Source: the human T2T-CHM13v2.0 reference genome, Homo sapiens. Taken from it: 64,000 bases of DNA. The translations under genes were made by a program, and so were the position numbers. Shown piece by piece: positions 14,093-26,573 of this stretch (its first letter is position 1; each line of letters opens with the position of its first letter). The notes beneath the pieces were generated by a model. It searched no databases. It was not told where the DNA came from and saw nothing but the letters and a program-made list of their open reading frames with translations. The DNA lies in NCBI RefSeq assembly GCF_009914755.1, contig NC_060937.1; one strand, written 5' to 3'.

Positions 14093-15053
14093 ATTGACAA
14101 CATAATATAGAGATGAGAAGTTTTTGTTTTACTTTGGGAATGACGTTGGTGTGCTTGTTGTGGATGAATTAGAGAGCTATCTATCTATTTGTGAGGTTTT
14201 CTAAATATTGCTCAGCCATTCTTTCAGTCCACTCTAACTGCCTTTTCACCAGTAATTTTGTTTCTCAGTGCCAGGAACATACAAAAAATACATGAAATAT
14301 GTATGGGAGTGTTTCCTTACCTGAAAAATGAAGCAATGAGATTAGACAGCCTCAAAATTCACTCCAAAATTTATTATTCTATGACTTTCTTTTCTAAGAA
14401 TAATACACTTTGTTATTCTTCCAATAAATTGTGAGGGTATGGTAGACATAAATACTGTATTTTTTAAAATCTCTAAATATATTGCACACTATTAACGCTA
14501 CCTGGAAATTCTACTCATCTCAATAAATTTTTAATGAACAAATGACTATAATAATGTGCCTGTCTCTGGTCATATCTAGGCAAAGTGTCGAGTTGAATTA
14601 GTTTAAAAATCCATGATAGCATATTTATTGGTGGACAGAAGAAAAGCAGATAATAATGGATTTCTTGAAAAATTCCATTTCATAAATGAGTTTTTCGCCA
14701 ATAATAATGATAGAGCACACTTAGAAAATACAAGAGCAAATGAAGCCAAGGAAGAGCTATACTTTCTACAACGAGAACAGTATAATTAAATTTAAAGATA
14801 AATATCAATATAGTACTGGTATTACAGTGGGTTTGCTGGCTTTGTTTAGATTGCCTTGAAAAATCCAATGGGTTATATTTTCTGCTTTCTCTACTTAGGC
14901 CAAAATGTGAGTAATAAATCACACTCACATTTGTAATAATTTGTTATTTTACACTTTTATTGAAGTATAATTGATGTATAATGAACAATATACTTTTAAA
15001 ATGAACAATTTGATAACTTTTAATGATAATTTAAATATCTATCTTTATATTAT

Positions 15054-16030
15054 TGTGAAAGTAAAAGCAAGATTTCAGGGCAAAGGCAGATTATTAAGAA
15101 TTACAGCAGTAATTACATTGTTCTCTCTTGCTACCATTCTTTCCCATTCTAGGATGATGAGATGAGAGGCAGGTTTGCATGTGCGGGAGTCATACCAAAA
15201 GATAGGAGCCCTGAAATTAGAAAGTTGAAAGCGTATATAGGACAGCTTACATACCTGTTCTCACCCGCTGAGAGAGGAGGGGCAATCCAATCTTCCTAGT
15301 TTGTGCAAATTCTCTTAGGGAAGAAAGGGAAGAGTCCCTCTATTCTTAATGTTTGGAGTGTAAGTAAAAGTTTTTGAGGGTGGGGAGCAGGAGATAAGAT
15401 GGGCTCCCACTTCTAACATCCAAGTTTTATCCTCATTTAAAAGGTAAACATGTAAGGTTATATTTTCTCAAGAGTTTTAGCTTTCAATCCTTGTTAACTT
15501 CCAAGGCTTGTTCTTTAACCAAGGTCCTAAGTTTCTTTGTTCAGAAAAAAAGTTCTAATTGCAAAAACTTGAAAATATAGTTGACTCTTGAACAATGCAA
15601 GAGTTGGAGCACTGGCCTCTGCACAGTCAACAAATCATGTAAAACTCTGACTCCCCAGAAACTTAGCTAGTAATATCTTATTATTTACCGAAAGCCTTCT
15701 TGATAACATAAAAAATCAATTAATGCATATTTTCTATGTTATGTATATTATATACTGCATTCTTATAATACAGTGAGTTATATAAAAGAAAATGTTTAAA
15801 AAAGTCATAAAGAAAAGAAAATGTATTTACAGTTCATTAAGTGGAAGTGGGTCATCATAATGGTCTTCATCCTCCTCATCTTAATGTTGATTAGGCTGAG
15901 AAGGAGGAGGAAGAGAAGGGGTTAGTCCTGCTGTCTCAGGGGTGACAAAGATGGAAACAAAAGTCTCATATAAATGGACCCATACAGTTCAAATCTGTGT
16001 TGTTCAAGAGTCAACTGTATTTCTTTTACA
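15054..16030 (-). mobile_element. Probable old ERV1 LTR (MER89/MER90/MER110-like), interrupted by Tigger2a
   Basis: TG...CA bounded segment. Its reverse complement begins TGTAAAAGAAATA[Tigger2a]TATTTTCAAGTTTTTGCAATTAGAAC. Family assignment is tentative. Confidence 0.4.
15578..16017. mobile_element. Tigger2a non-autonomous TcMar-Tigger DNA transposon, full length
   Basis: Terminal inverted repeats AGTTGACTCTTGAACAA / TTGTTCAAGAGTCAACTG. TA target duplication at 15576-15577 and 16018-16019. Confidence 0.9.
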
Positions 16031-18055
16031 GTGCCCCACTTATATATATATGCTTGTGAAACCAGTTATCTCAAGCAAGATAGAAAATATATCTATATTG
16101 CCACATCCGCTTGTTTAACCCCTTTCTGTTGGCTCTCCTGCACCCCCTGTCCTCTGAAAATGTCTGATTTGCCTTTTGTCACTATAGATAACTTTGTACT
16201 TTGTAGTATGATCTAAAAATATAAGATCAAAAGTATGTATACTTTTTAAAATGCAGCTATTTTTAACTAACCAATTTAGGTAAATTGAAAAGGTTTTAAT
16301 CAATTACTTTAATTAAGAAACCTTAATATGAAAGTAAATAGAAGATGAAACAAAAAAATCACATACTGCAATGAATTTTAAATTAAATAATTAATATAAA
16401 CAAAATCAAAACATGACAATAAATACACATCACTTCTCTAGTATACAAGCACACTACAATTACATTGTTATAAAGAAGATCATCATCTATTTTTAATAGT
16501 CAAACGTAAGTAAAATGGTTTGTTTTTTCAAAGCTTAATTTATTTTTTCTAGTTTCCATTTCCTCTGATTTGAATACTGAAGAGAAATTAAACCATCTAC
16601 TTTTAAAAATAAATTGCTAACATTATTCAAAAATAAATGAACACATAAACACTCAGATTTATGCATTTTTTGTTCATTGACTATGAAGACATCTAAAACA
16701 TGTCTATTGAAAAATTAAATTCTCTGAAACTTAAGCATTGTTCATCTGTAGTTGTCAGACATTGGAAAGCACTATTTTCTTATACTTAATTTAAAATGTT
16801 ACAACATATGCACTTGCACTTTAGTTCAAAATACTTTGGGATCAGTGTAGAGAAGGATGTATTTTAGTCTTGGTTTGCCAAAATAAGAAAGGAAACATTT
16901 ATCATTTCAAAAATCTCTTAATTCACCCAATATTAATTGTTTACCTGTAGAAATGAGATTTGATGAAATTATTTTTAGAAATTTATTTTATTATTTGTTT
17001 TCATTAAAATGCCTTGTAAACTCAACAATTATGGCTTAGTTGGTATTATTTATAAAGCTTTACATGTTCAATAAACATAATTCCCTGTAAATATCTAAGC
17101 AGAAGTTGTGCCAACTCCAAAAATGATAAATAGGGTATTACCAGATAATTAAACACATTCTTAAAATTTTTAAAATACTAGGTAGAATACACAAATTCAT
17201 TTATTAATGTCCACCCAAAGTAGGAGTGATAAAAAGAAAACAGAACTAGACCCCATTCTCACTCATCCCCAAAATGAGATAATATATCAAAAAAAGTCAG
17301 TAAAGGGTATATATCTGATACTATGATTTCACAGAAGCATGAATCTCAAAACACATCAAATTGAGCACTTTAAATATAGCTTACTGTGTCAATGATATAT
17401 TAGCAGTACTTTTTTTTAATTTTAAAATTTTAAAATATTAATTTAAACAGTTTTCATTAAAACCACAATCTGTCACTGTTAAGAAGTATAAGAATTCTTT
17501 GTTCAATGCCAAAGGTAAAAGATAAAAAAAAATTGTTGGGATTAATATCCTAGCCATCTGATTCTAATTCCTGTTCATTTGATTATTCAAACTATTTCAT
17601 TGGGTTTTTAGTTTTTCTTCTTGGTGTAGCTGGTATAATCTCTGTAATTTACTATGTTGTTAACCTGATTTCAGAAACTCATTCTTTTCATTATTCATCC
17701 AATATTTATTGTTTGTGTTAACACTGCCTTTAAAGTCTTTTCCTAGGCATGCAGATAAATATTAGACAGATAAATCTTATTAGTGGATGGAATATTTTAC
17801 ACACATCATAACCCCAAAAAAGGAAGACAGTTGATCCTTTCCGAAGGATGGCTAAGTGTTTACTCCAATCCCAAATTTAGAGAAATCTACATATTGTTTA
17901 ATAGTGGAAGGACTGATGAGAACAATAAAAGTGTTTTGGAATTTTAGTAAACACAATGAAAATGGGTATTATATGTTATTTTCACTTTTAACAAAACTAA
18001 AAGCAATTCACATTAATGATGGAAGTCAGTGTAACTAAAGCTCTCTAGGAAGGAG

Positions 18056-18105
18056 AGTGTGTGTGTGTGCGCGCGTGTGTGTGTTTGTGTTTACGCGCGC
18101 ATGTG
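18056..18105. repeat. (TG)n/(CG)n alternating purine-pyrimidine microsatellite
   Basis: GTGTGTGTGTGTGCGCGCGTGTGTGTG...ACGCGCGCATGTG read directly. Confidence 0.9.
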
Positions 18106-19074
18106 ATTTTATTTTCTTTGCTGAACAACTGTTTTAGATCATCTACAGTCTCTGGACTGAAGACTTTCATGATCATTTATACCAATAGGAATTTTATATT
18201 ATATTTTGTATCTAAAAAGAAAAACAGATCCCTCTCTTTGATCATTTTAAAAGAGAAAAATGCATAGTTTTTCCAGTGCTCGTTAGCATTAGATAAAATA
18301 TTTTAACAACTTTGAATCTATTATTCTTTGATTGACTTACTTTGAAAATAAAATGTCCAATTTAAACAGTCTAGCAGAAATTTTTCTGTCAAAGTGAAAT
18401 CGAAGTGGAAGATTTTTTCTTTCGCATGGCCTATTTTGAATGCTCACACTTTGTGAATGTTGATATTATTTTTCCCTTGCCAAATATAGTGCCTTTTATC
18501 TAAAGTGGATAATACATATTAAAATTTTTAACAGCTATGTGAGTTTTAGCTAAAGCAGCCATAATGTGACAATCAAAACATGTATTGTATAATCCAGCCT
18601 TTTAAATTCATGTTCTTGTCAAACACTGGGTGACACATATGTCACATAGGCACATTTTGTTTTAAAAAATGTTTGGAGTCAGTCATCTAAACACAGGATT
18701 TGCCACGTCTAGATTTCAAGGCATCTGAAGTTGCAATCTCTGCTGACTTGAATTTGATTAACCTGTTACTGTATTTCTTTTTTCTGAATTATAATAATTA
18801 AAAGATAAAGTCACTTTTTCAAGTTTCTTCAGTAATCACTTGAAAAAGTATTTGTTCTATTTATTAAATATAGTGAATAAGGTAGCTTTTTTTGGGACAT
18901 AACATTTTCCCATACTGGAGCCATTTACTAAACCTTGCCATAGGAGAAAATATCAGACTAAGATTAATTGGTACATATTAAATAAATCAGGTTTAATTTT
19001 GTATAAAGCATTGCTTCTTTAATCACTGGCAGATTTGCTACAATGCCAATTTGTGTTCAATAATTCAAAGATAG

Positions 19075-19157
19075 GACTTGAGATTATACATTTCTAACAA
19101 GCTCCTAGACTGGTTGGCCCTGGTCCATTCATCTCATTTTGAAGAGAAATGTTATAG
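19075..19157. mobile_element. MER5A-like hAT-Charlie fragment
   Basis: CATTTCTAACAAGCTCCTAG...GGTCCA...CATTTTGA resembles the MER5A end. Confidence 0.45.
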
Positions 19158-20648
19158 AAAGCAATTCTTTTTATAAAAATATTTCTGCAGTGATACAGCC
19201 CTGCAGGATAACTGAAATATGTGTAGCTTAAAAAGTGATACAAATGGTTGTCTACTTATGTATATGTTTTTCTCTATTTGTAATGCAACTAAAAATAAAG
19301 TTGTTAAAAGGACAACTTTCCTTTGAATTTTGGAAATAATTTTTATATCTGTTTTAATAGCTTTGAATACTGATACCAGGACCCACTAGACTTCCCCAAT
19401 ATATAGAAAAAGTACGGGTAGAAAGGATAAGATCTATCTGCCTACTCAAGTTGTTACTTCAGAAAGAACATACATTTTGATCTGTAATATCTTATATGGT
19501 TCCTGGATAGTAGTTTGCTGTTCTGGATTCTTTTTTTCATTCCTTCAATGGTATATTAGTACCATCTAGTATTTTTATTCAAGCTATATTAGAGATCCCC
19601 CTTCCCAAAATATACCAGTTGGGGGTCTCTCACATAACTTTGGAGAATTTGGTAGAGAGTTTGCCTCTTGTACTTATGTTAAGGTGAAAAATGATCATTT
19701 GACATTGTGTATAACTCATGTCATTGACTTATTAGAAACCAATTTTTCATAGAGTCCTATGAATTAACATAGGTATAAATTGTCCTTGCTTATAGGCAGG
19801 TGCTGTATAACTTAACTTCAGAGATTCCAAACCACCAATATCTTACGAGAAATGGGGGCTCCATGTATTCATCTCTCTATATGGCATTAATCATCAAAAA
19901 TTTGAGATGACTAAAAATGTCCACCTCAGTTTGCTTTGTGCTGAACTTTAATATCAACATCCTTGATATTTCCATTTATACCAAACACAATTTCAGCATG
20001 GAGAATGAGTCATGATTGTTTTCATATTACTGCTGGTGACTCAATTTTCCATCCATTTTTATAGATTTGTATATTTATACACAGTATGTTAAATACTATG
20101 TTCCTTTATTTAACTTGGTACTAGTCACCCAGCTGATAACAATCTCACTAGGGTTAGCTTTCATGACTGTTTTATTATGTAAATAAAGTATCATATATCT
20201 GGTTCTCAAAGAACGTGAACAACCAGGCTCTTAGAGATTATTATACACAAAGAAAAAAATGGAATTGTATTTCTAAGTAGATGAACTTTGTTTGCTAAGC
20301 AATTTTTTTTCATAAGCAAATGAAAGTGGGAGCAGTTACAGAAAATATCTACATCTTTAAAACATAAAATACTACTATTAAAAAAGCATCTCTTTGAAAA
20401 TACAACAAATTCTCATCATTAAATAGTTTATTTAAATGAATTAAAGCTATTTCTTCAATACCTAATATACATGTTTATATGTCACAGCTAAAATGATTTT
20501 TAGTTGAAAAAAACAAGAGGCAGAGAATAAGGGTTTGGTGAAGAAAAATTGTTCTATAAATAAAAATATGGCTAACTAAGTCAGTATTAAAATACAAGCC
20601 TATTGTTAAAATACTGGGTAACAAAATGAATTAACTATATATATATGT

Positions 20649-20770
20649 TTCAACACTTGGGTCTTTCTCATAAGCAGAGGTTGCAGGACGGAGTAAGTTG
20701 TCCTTCCTCTTGCAGAGGGTACCTTGATATGTCCCAGACCTCTAATACCTCTTTGAGGTTTTTCTTCTTT
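20649..20770 (-). mobile_element. ERVL pol (late RT) fragment in antisense; inverted copy of 21805-21888
   Basis: Reverse complement GGTCTGGGACATATCAAGGTACCCTCTGCAAGAGGAAGGACAAC resembles HERVL pol GGGGCATGTCGAGATATCCCTTCTAAGGTGAAGGATAAG. Confidence 0.55.
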
Positions 20771-20785
20771 AGGTTCTTGGCTTTT

Positions 20786-21312
20786 AAATACACACACATG
20801 CACACACGCACACACACAAACTAGATACATTACACTATATGTAGTATATGTATAGACATACTATATATACTATATCTAACATATATACTATATGACATAT
20901 ATACACTATATGTAGTATATGTATAGACATTATACTATATATACTATATATAACATATATACTATATATAACATATATAAATACTATATATGTAAAATAT
21001 ATAGTATTAAGTAATAAATAGTATAGATGTATATATTAATATGTATATAATGTATATACCTGCATATATACATATATACACATATACATAGTGTATATAT
21101 GCATATATTAATATGTATATATTACATGCATAATACATATATGTATATATACATTAATATGTATATACATTGTATATACATTGTATATACATATATACAC
21201 ATATACATAATGTATATGTGTATATATCAATTTTGTATGTATTGCATATATAGTATTTAATATTTAATACTATATATTTTACATATATAGTATTTACACA
21301 TATAAATACATA
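20786..21312. repeat. TA/CA-rich low-complexity block, including a ~71-bp tandem duplication at 20831-20970
   Basis: TACACTATATGTAGTATATGTATAGACAT occurs at 20831 and again at 20902. Surrounding sequence is TA/TG-rich. Confidence 0.9.
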
Positions 21313-21635
21313 TATACACACACACATATACATATATGTATGTATACACACACATATACATATATGTATGTATACACACACATATACATATATGTATGTA
21401 TACACACACATATACATATATGTATGTATACACACACATATACATATATGTATGTATACACACATATACATATATGTATGTATACACACACATATACATA
21501 TATGTATGTATACACACACATATACATATATGTATGTATACACACACATATACATATATGTATGTATACACACACATATACATATATGTATGTATACACA
21601 CACATATACATATATGTATGTATACACACACATAT
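21313..21635. repeat. 28-bp minisatellite (TATACACACACATATACATATATGTATG)n, about 11.5 copies
   Basis: Unit starts at 21313, 21343, 21371, 21399, 21427, 21455, 21481, 21509, 21537, 21565, 21593, 21621. Units differ only in CA count (30, 28 or 26 bp). Confidence 0.95.
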
Positions 21636-21804
21636 CAACATGTAGGTATCGATTACTAAAATAAGGTCTTAGTATTCAATGACATGCCAGCCTGTGAATG
21701 CAAATAATGCAAAATCATACACTATATAGTTACACAGTCTGATCATAGATAAGGGTCATAAGTACTTGCCTTGACTTTCATTTGTGTATTTTGTTTTCAA
21801 AAGC

Positions 21805-22385
21805 ACATAGCAAGAAACCCTCTGCAAGAGGAAGGACAACTTACTCCACCCTGTAGCCTCTGCCTATGAGAAGGAGGCAAGTGATGAAGTATTGATGGTA
21901 CCAATAGTTGGATAAGCAACTAAATCAGACCCTGTGACACCTACTCGTACTTATTTGTCAACTCTTGTAGACTAGAACTGTAGCTTTATGGGCTCTTACT
22001 TATAATAACCTGTAGGCCAATTTTACCAAAAAAAATGGCTTTAGTTACACATAGTTGCACACATTATTCTGCTATTCACTCGAGTGAATAACCAAGGAAT
22101 TACAGCTCCACTCAATAGTAGCCCTGCAGGACTGCAGGAAAGGAGCATCTTCCCAGTGTGCAAGACTTCAATCAATGCAGCAGGAAAGAAAACTAGACAA
22201 ATGCATGAACCTACACTGAATCATTAGTAATGAGAAATTGTGTTCTAGTCAGAAACTTAGAAGGCATACGATCAGAAAACTGGTTACAGAGAGTCCTGCA
22301 AAATAGATAATGTTAATAAAACTCTAAATGATCAGGAAAGTGAAGATATCTATGTCCCTGAACAAATTAAATGTATCCCAAATGT
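21805..22385 (+). mobile_element. Degenerate ERVL/MaLR-class internal pol fragment (RT end to RNase H)
   Basis: AGCATCTTCCCAGTGTGCAAGACTTC resembles HERVL AAATCTTCCCAGTGGGCAGAACTTC. Also TTACAGCTCCACTC and GTGAAGATATCTATGTCCC. Confidence 0.6.
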
Positions 22386-24239
22386 GTAAAAATGTAGGAA
22401 AAGCAATACATTTCTGTAATTTAAAAAAAAATAAATTTAGGACGGTAATCATTATAATAATAAAATACCTATTAAAATAAATCTTCAGAAAACTCCGTAA
22501 TGAGTTCATGTGAGATAAAAAAATCTAAATAATATTTTCCATTTAAACATCAATAATATTTAGTACATTATTAATACCTAGGAACAAACAATAAATTATT
22601 ATCATCTATGTGTATGTGAGGATAATTGGGAACTAAACATGAAAATAATGTTAATATATTCAAATCTCAATTATGTACTAAATTTAGGTCAATTTTTCAC
22701 ATTAGGTGCCTCTTAAGACTGTATTTTAGCCTTTTGCTTCCATGTTTATTAACTATTTTTATAGTGCATACTCAATGTAAGGATTAATATTAATATAGAC
22801 ATATAGTTGTAAATCTAGGATTTAAAATAAATCAGAATATGGCTTTTGTTTTAGTAGAATTAGTATACTTTGTAGGAGTTTCTCATCGTTCCTTGTTACT
22901 CCCTTTAAAAAGAGAAGAATATTGCTCAATACTTGAAATAAAACAGTTAAATTACTTTGAACAGAGTGTAAAACCAAGCATTTATATAAAATTCATCAAT
23001 ATTTTACTTGCACTTGCACATTGCTCTGACCTCAGATATCCTTAAATGCCATCTTGACTTCAGTTAGGTCTTTACTCAAAGCTCACTTTTTCCAAGAAGG
23101 ATTTTTCTGACCATTCAAAAATTTTATGCCTGTCTCAATTTCAACTATTTGTATTCCCTTTCCTTTATTTATGTTAATATATCATGAAAGTTAATTGCAT
23201 AGGTTATGTCAAGCTTTTTTTAAAAATATGACTGCTATAAAGAAAATATTTGTTTTTCTCTTTTTTTATTTTTTTAGGTATTTTTGTTGTAACATCTAAG
23301 ATTCAATATCTACTCAGTAGTAGGTATCTCTTGATGGATAAACAGATGAGATAATAAATAAATACACAAGTGAAATTTAATGTCATTTTAGGTGCATATA
23401 AGGTAAGCTTACCTAATATTTTAAAAAGATTGACTCATTTTTTATCAAATTAAAATATAAGAATATATAGCATTATGAACAACTCTAGCAAATTATTTTA
23501 TAAGAATTCAAAACGTGGTCCCCCAACTTATCAGACTATTTTATTTCATCAAAATTCAAATAAATTGAAGATACATCAACAAATTATTATATTTCACAAG
23601 TTTTAGTTTTATAAGATGTCATTGCTTAGAAGAGAGCACATAAGATTTTTCATTTCTTTAGTTTATCAGCAATTGGAAATCAACCTTAGAAAGTTGGACA
23701 TACTTTTAAGAACCTGGTAATTGATTGCTGATAAAACCTTTTCAATCTGAGAATAGCTACATGCATGCACTCGTGGACATACACACACACCCCAGCACAC
23801 ATACGTTAGACATATTTTATGTAGGAGTATATTTTTGACTGAATTAGAATCTTCTATTAAGAATTAAAGTACCCATCATATTTACATATGACTCTTTATG
23901 TCACCCTGTATCCTCGTTAATGTAAAGCAATATTACTTATCTTTGTATAGGATACATCTAACTTGTCACATTAAATAAAGCAGATTTCAAAGAAAATAGT
24001 AAAGTGTCCTTCAAAGTAGAAACCTAATAAAGTTGAAGGGGTGTGCAATGCTGAAGACTTTAAAAAAAAAAACACTGATTTCAATTAATACATTTTGATA
24101 ACAATTACCAAACAATACATTTTTGCTAAGTGACAATAATTATTTATGTAAAACTGTAAATAATAATATTTTATAACTGTATGAGTATATATAATTATCA
24201 TGTATGTGATATATGATATAATAATTTTTACAATAGCCC

Positions 24240-25028
24240 TGTAAACTATATGGGCTGTTGTAACAAATTATTATAAAAACAGCAGCTTAAGCAACAGAAA
24301 TTTTTTCCGTCCCAGTTCCAGAAGCCAGAAGTGTGAAGTCGAAGTGTTGGGAGGGCCACACTCCCCATGGAGGCTCTTGGGGAGAATAATTACCTTGTAT
24401 TTCCCAGCTTCTGGTAGATTCGGTCATTCCTTGGGGTTTGGGGTTGTATTATACCAATCTCTGCCTCCATCTTCACATGACCTGCTTCACTTCTGTACAT
24501 CTAATTTCTCTGCCTCTCTTATGAGGATATTTATGATGGCATTTAGGTCCCACCTGAGTTATTTAAAATAATCTCCTCATTTCAAAATCCTTAACTTGGC
24601 CGGGCGCGGTGGCTCACGCTTGTAATCCCAGCACTTTGGGAGACCAGGGCGGGCGGATCACGAGGCCAGGAGATCGAGACCATCCTGGATAACAAGGTGA
24701 AACCCCGTCTCTACTAAAAATACAAAAAATTAGCCGGGCGTGGTTGCAGATGCCTGTAGTCCCAGCTACTCGGGAGGCTGAGGCAGGAGAATGGCGTGAA
24801 CCCGGGAGGCGGAGCTTGCAGTGAGCCGAGATCGAGATCGCCACTGCACTCCAGCCTGGGCAAGAGAGAGCGAGACTCCGTCTCAAAACAAAACAAAACA
24901 ATCCTTAACTTAATCATGTCTGCAAAATGGAATGACCCTTCTTCCAAATACGGTAGCAATCACAAGTACAAGGAATTTGAAATTGGCATCTTTGCTGAGG
25001 GGAATACATGTGTCAGCTTATTACTACA
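24240..25028 (-). mobile_element. MLT1C-like MaLR LTR interrupted by AluY
   Basis: GCTGTTGTAACAAATTA...CAGTTCCAGAAGCCAGAAG...CAAAATCCTTAACTT|AATCATGTCTGCAAA is continuous across the Alu. Confidence 0.8.
24598..24899 (+). mobile_element. AluY, CpG-rich, with a (CAAAA)n tail
   Basis: GGCCGGGCGCGGTGG start and GAATGGCGTGAACCCGGGAGGCGGAGCTTGC. TSD AATCCTTAACTT at 24586-24597 and 24900-24911. Confidence 0.95.
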
Positions 25029-26169
25029 TACACAACACACACACACACACACACACACACAACACATACCACTATATGGAAAATTTGGAGAGAAAAAATA
25101 AATATGTTTAGCCAAGATTGTGCAAAGCCGTATCTATCCAGAGCTCCATTCTAAACAAATATAAACAGTTATTCCCACCACATTCTCTTTCTTTCCTCTT
25201 CTCTCGACCTCTTTCTCTTTTTCCTTTCCTCTTTCCTATTCCTTTTTCCCTTTTCTTATTCATTCTTTATCTGATTCCCTTCACTTTTTACCATGTTTTC
25301 CTCACAAATCCCCTTTATTGTTCTTTATATTGAAATATCAATCCCAATACCATGAAGCGGGACGGAGCAAAGTAGGCATGTTTGTGAAAAGGTGAATTGG
25401 CATGGAAAGGGGTCGGAGGCCAAATTAGGTGAAAAAGACACTCAAATGAAAGCAAGGCCTGCCTACCATAGAGTGTCAGAGCCTGGGCTGAATCACGAGA
25501 GTCTACATCCTGGGCAAGGCCTGGTATGGAGTTTCAGAACCCAAGCATGTTGAGGTGATTGCTGGCAGAGGTCGTCTGCCTTGGGCTCTGAGCATGATGG
25601 CGCATTCTTTCTGAGCACTCCAGACCGCAATCCTTATCCGTTTCCTGATAATGAGTAGTTTCTGTAGCGATTGAGATTGGACCACGTAAGTCAGGCAAGT
25701 CAGAGCCTAACTACCTTCTAAATACCGCTCAGACGAGGTCTTGCTTATTTGCTGCTCTCTACAGTGTTTGATGCTTATGCAATTAGGGCTGTTCTCTCAA
25801 CCCTTGTTCCTCTGCTATATGGTCATCTATCACATGTGCATTTTTAAAATCCTTCCCGCCCCGCAAGTTACCTGTGGGAATTAGGGCTTGGAAAACTAGA
25901 GTGTATAACCTGGCACTCTAGCTATTGGTCTAGCTATATTTCAAAAGTCTTTTATCTCAGATTCAGTTTCCATACATGAGTTGCCCTGTCATGAGGTATC
26001 AAAATCCACACTTCATGAGGAGGAATCTACACAGAAGTGGTGTCTGATAGGGCATGAGAGAATGAGAAGGATGTCCATGAGGGCAAAAGTCATAGCACAG
26101 AGTTTTGATGTACTCACAGGTCGACTGCATCCAAGTGGCAGGGAGGCAGAAAACAGATAATTCATTGCA

Positions 26170-26573
26170 TGTATTAGACCATTCTTGCATCATCATAAAG
26201 AACTACCTGAAGCTGGATAATTTATAAAGAAAATAGGTTTAATTGGTTCACAGTTCTGTAGGCTGTACAAGAAGCACAGTGCTGGCATCTGCTCTAAGGA
26301 CGCCTCAGGAATCTTCCAATCATGGCAGAAAACAAAGTGGGAGCAGGCATGTCACATGGTGAAAATAGAAGTTAGAGAGAAAGAGTGGGGTGGGAGGTGC
26401 CACATGCTTTTAAATGACCAGATCTAATGAGAAATCAGTATCAGGAAGATAGCACAGAGCCATGAGGGACCTGCCTCCATAATCCGAACACCTCTTGCCA
26501 GGCCCCACCTCCAACATTGGGGATTACATTTCTACATGAGATTTGGGGAGGGACAAATATCCAAACTATATCA
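26170..26573 (-). mobile_element. MST (MSTA/MSTB) MaLR solo LTR
   Basis: TGTATTAGACCATTCTTGCAT...GGGACAAATATCCAAACTATATCA. Confidence 0.9.

Noticed and set aside
21313-21635. Regular repeat array superficially like a CRISPR
   Set aside because: Units are contiguous with no unique spacers, there are no cas genes, and the context is primate DNA.
21154-21664. Six overlapping ORFs of 98-159 aa (YTHIYIYVC repeats)
   Set aside because: Artefact of the stop-free 28-bp minisatellite translated in all frames.
20649-21888. Novel MITE/DNA transposon with long terminal inverted repeats
   Set aside because: No target-site duplication is apparent. The arm resembles ERVL pol and the right arm continues into further ERVL sequence, so it is reported as an inverted duplication instead.
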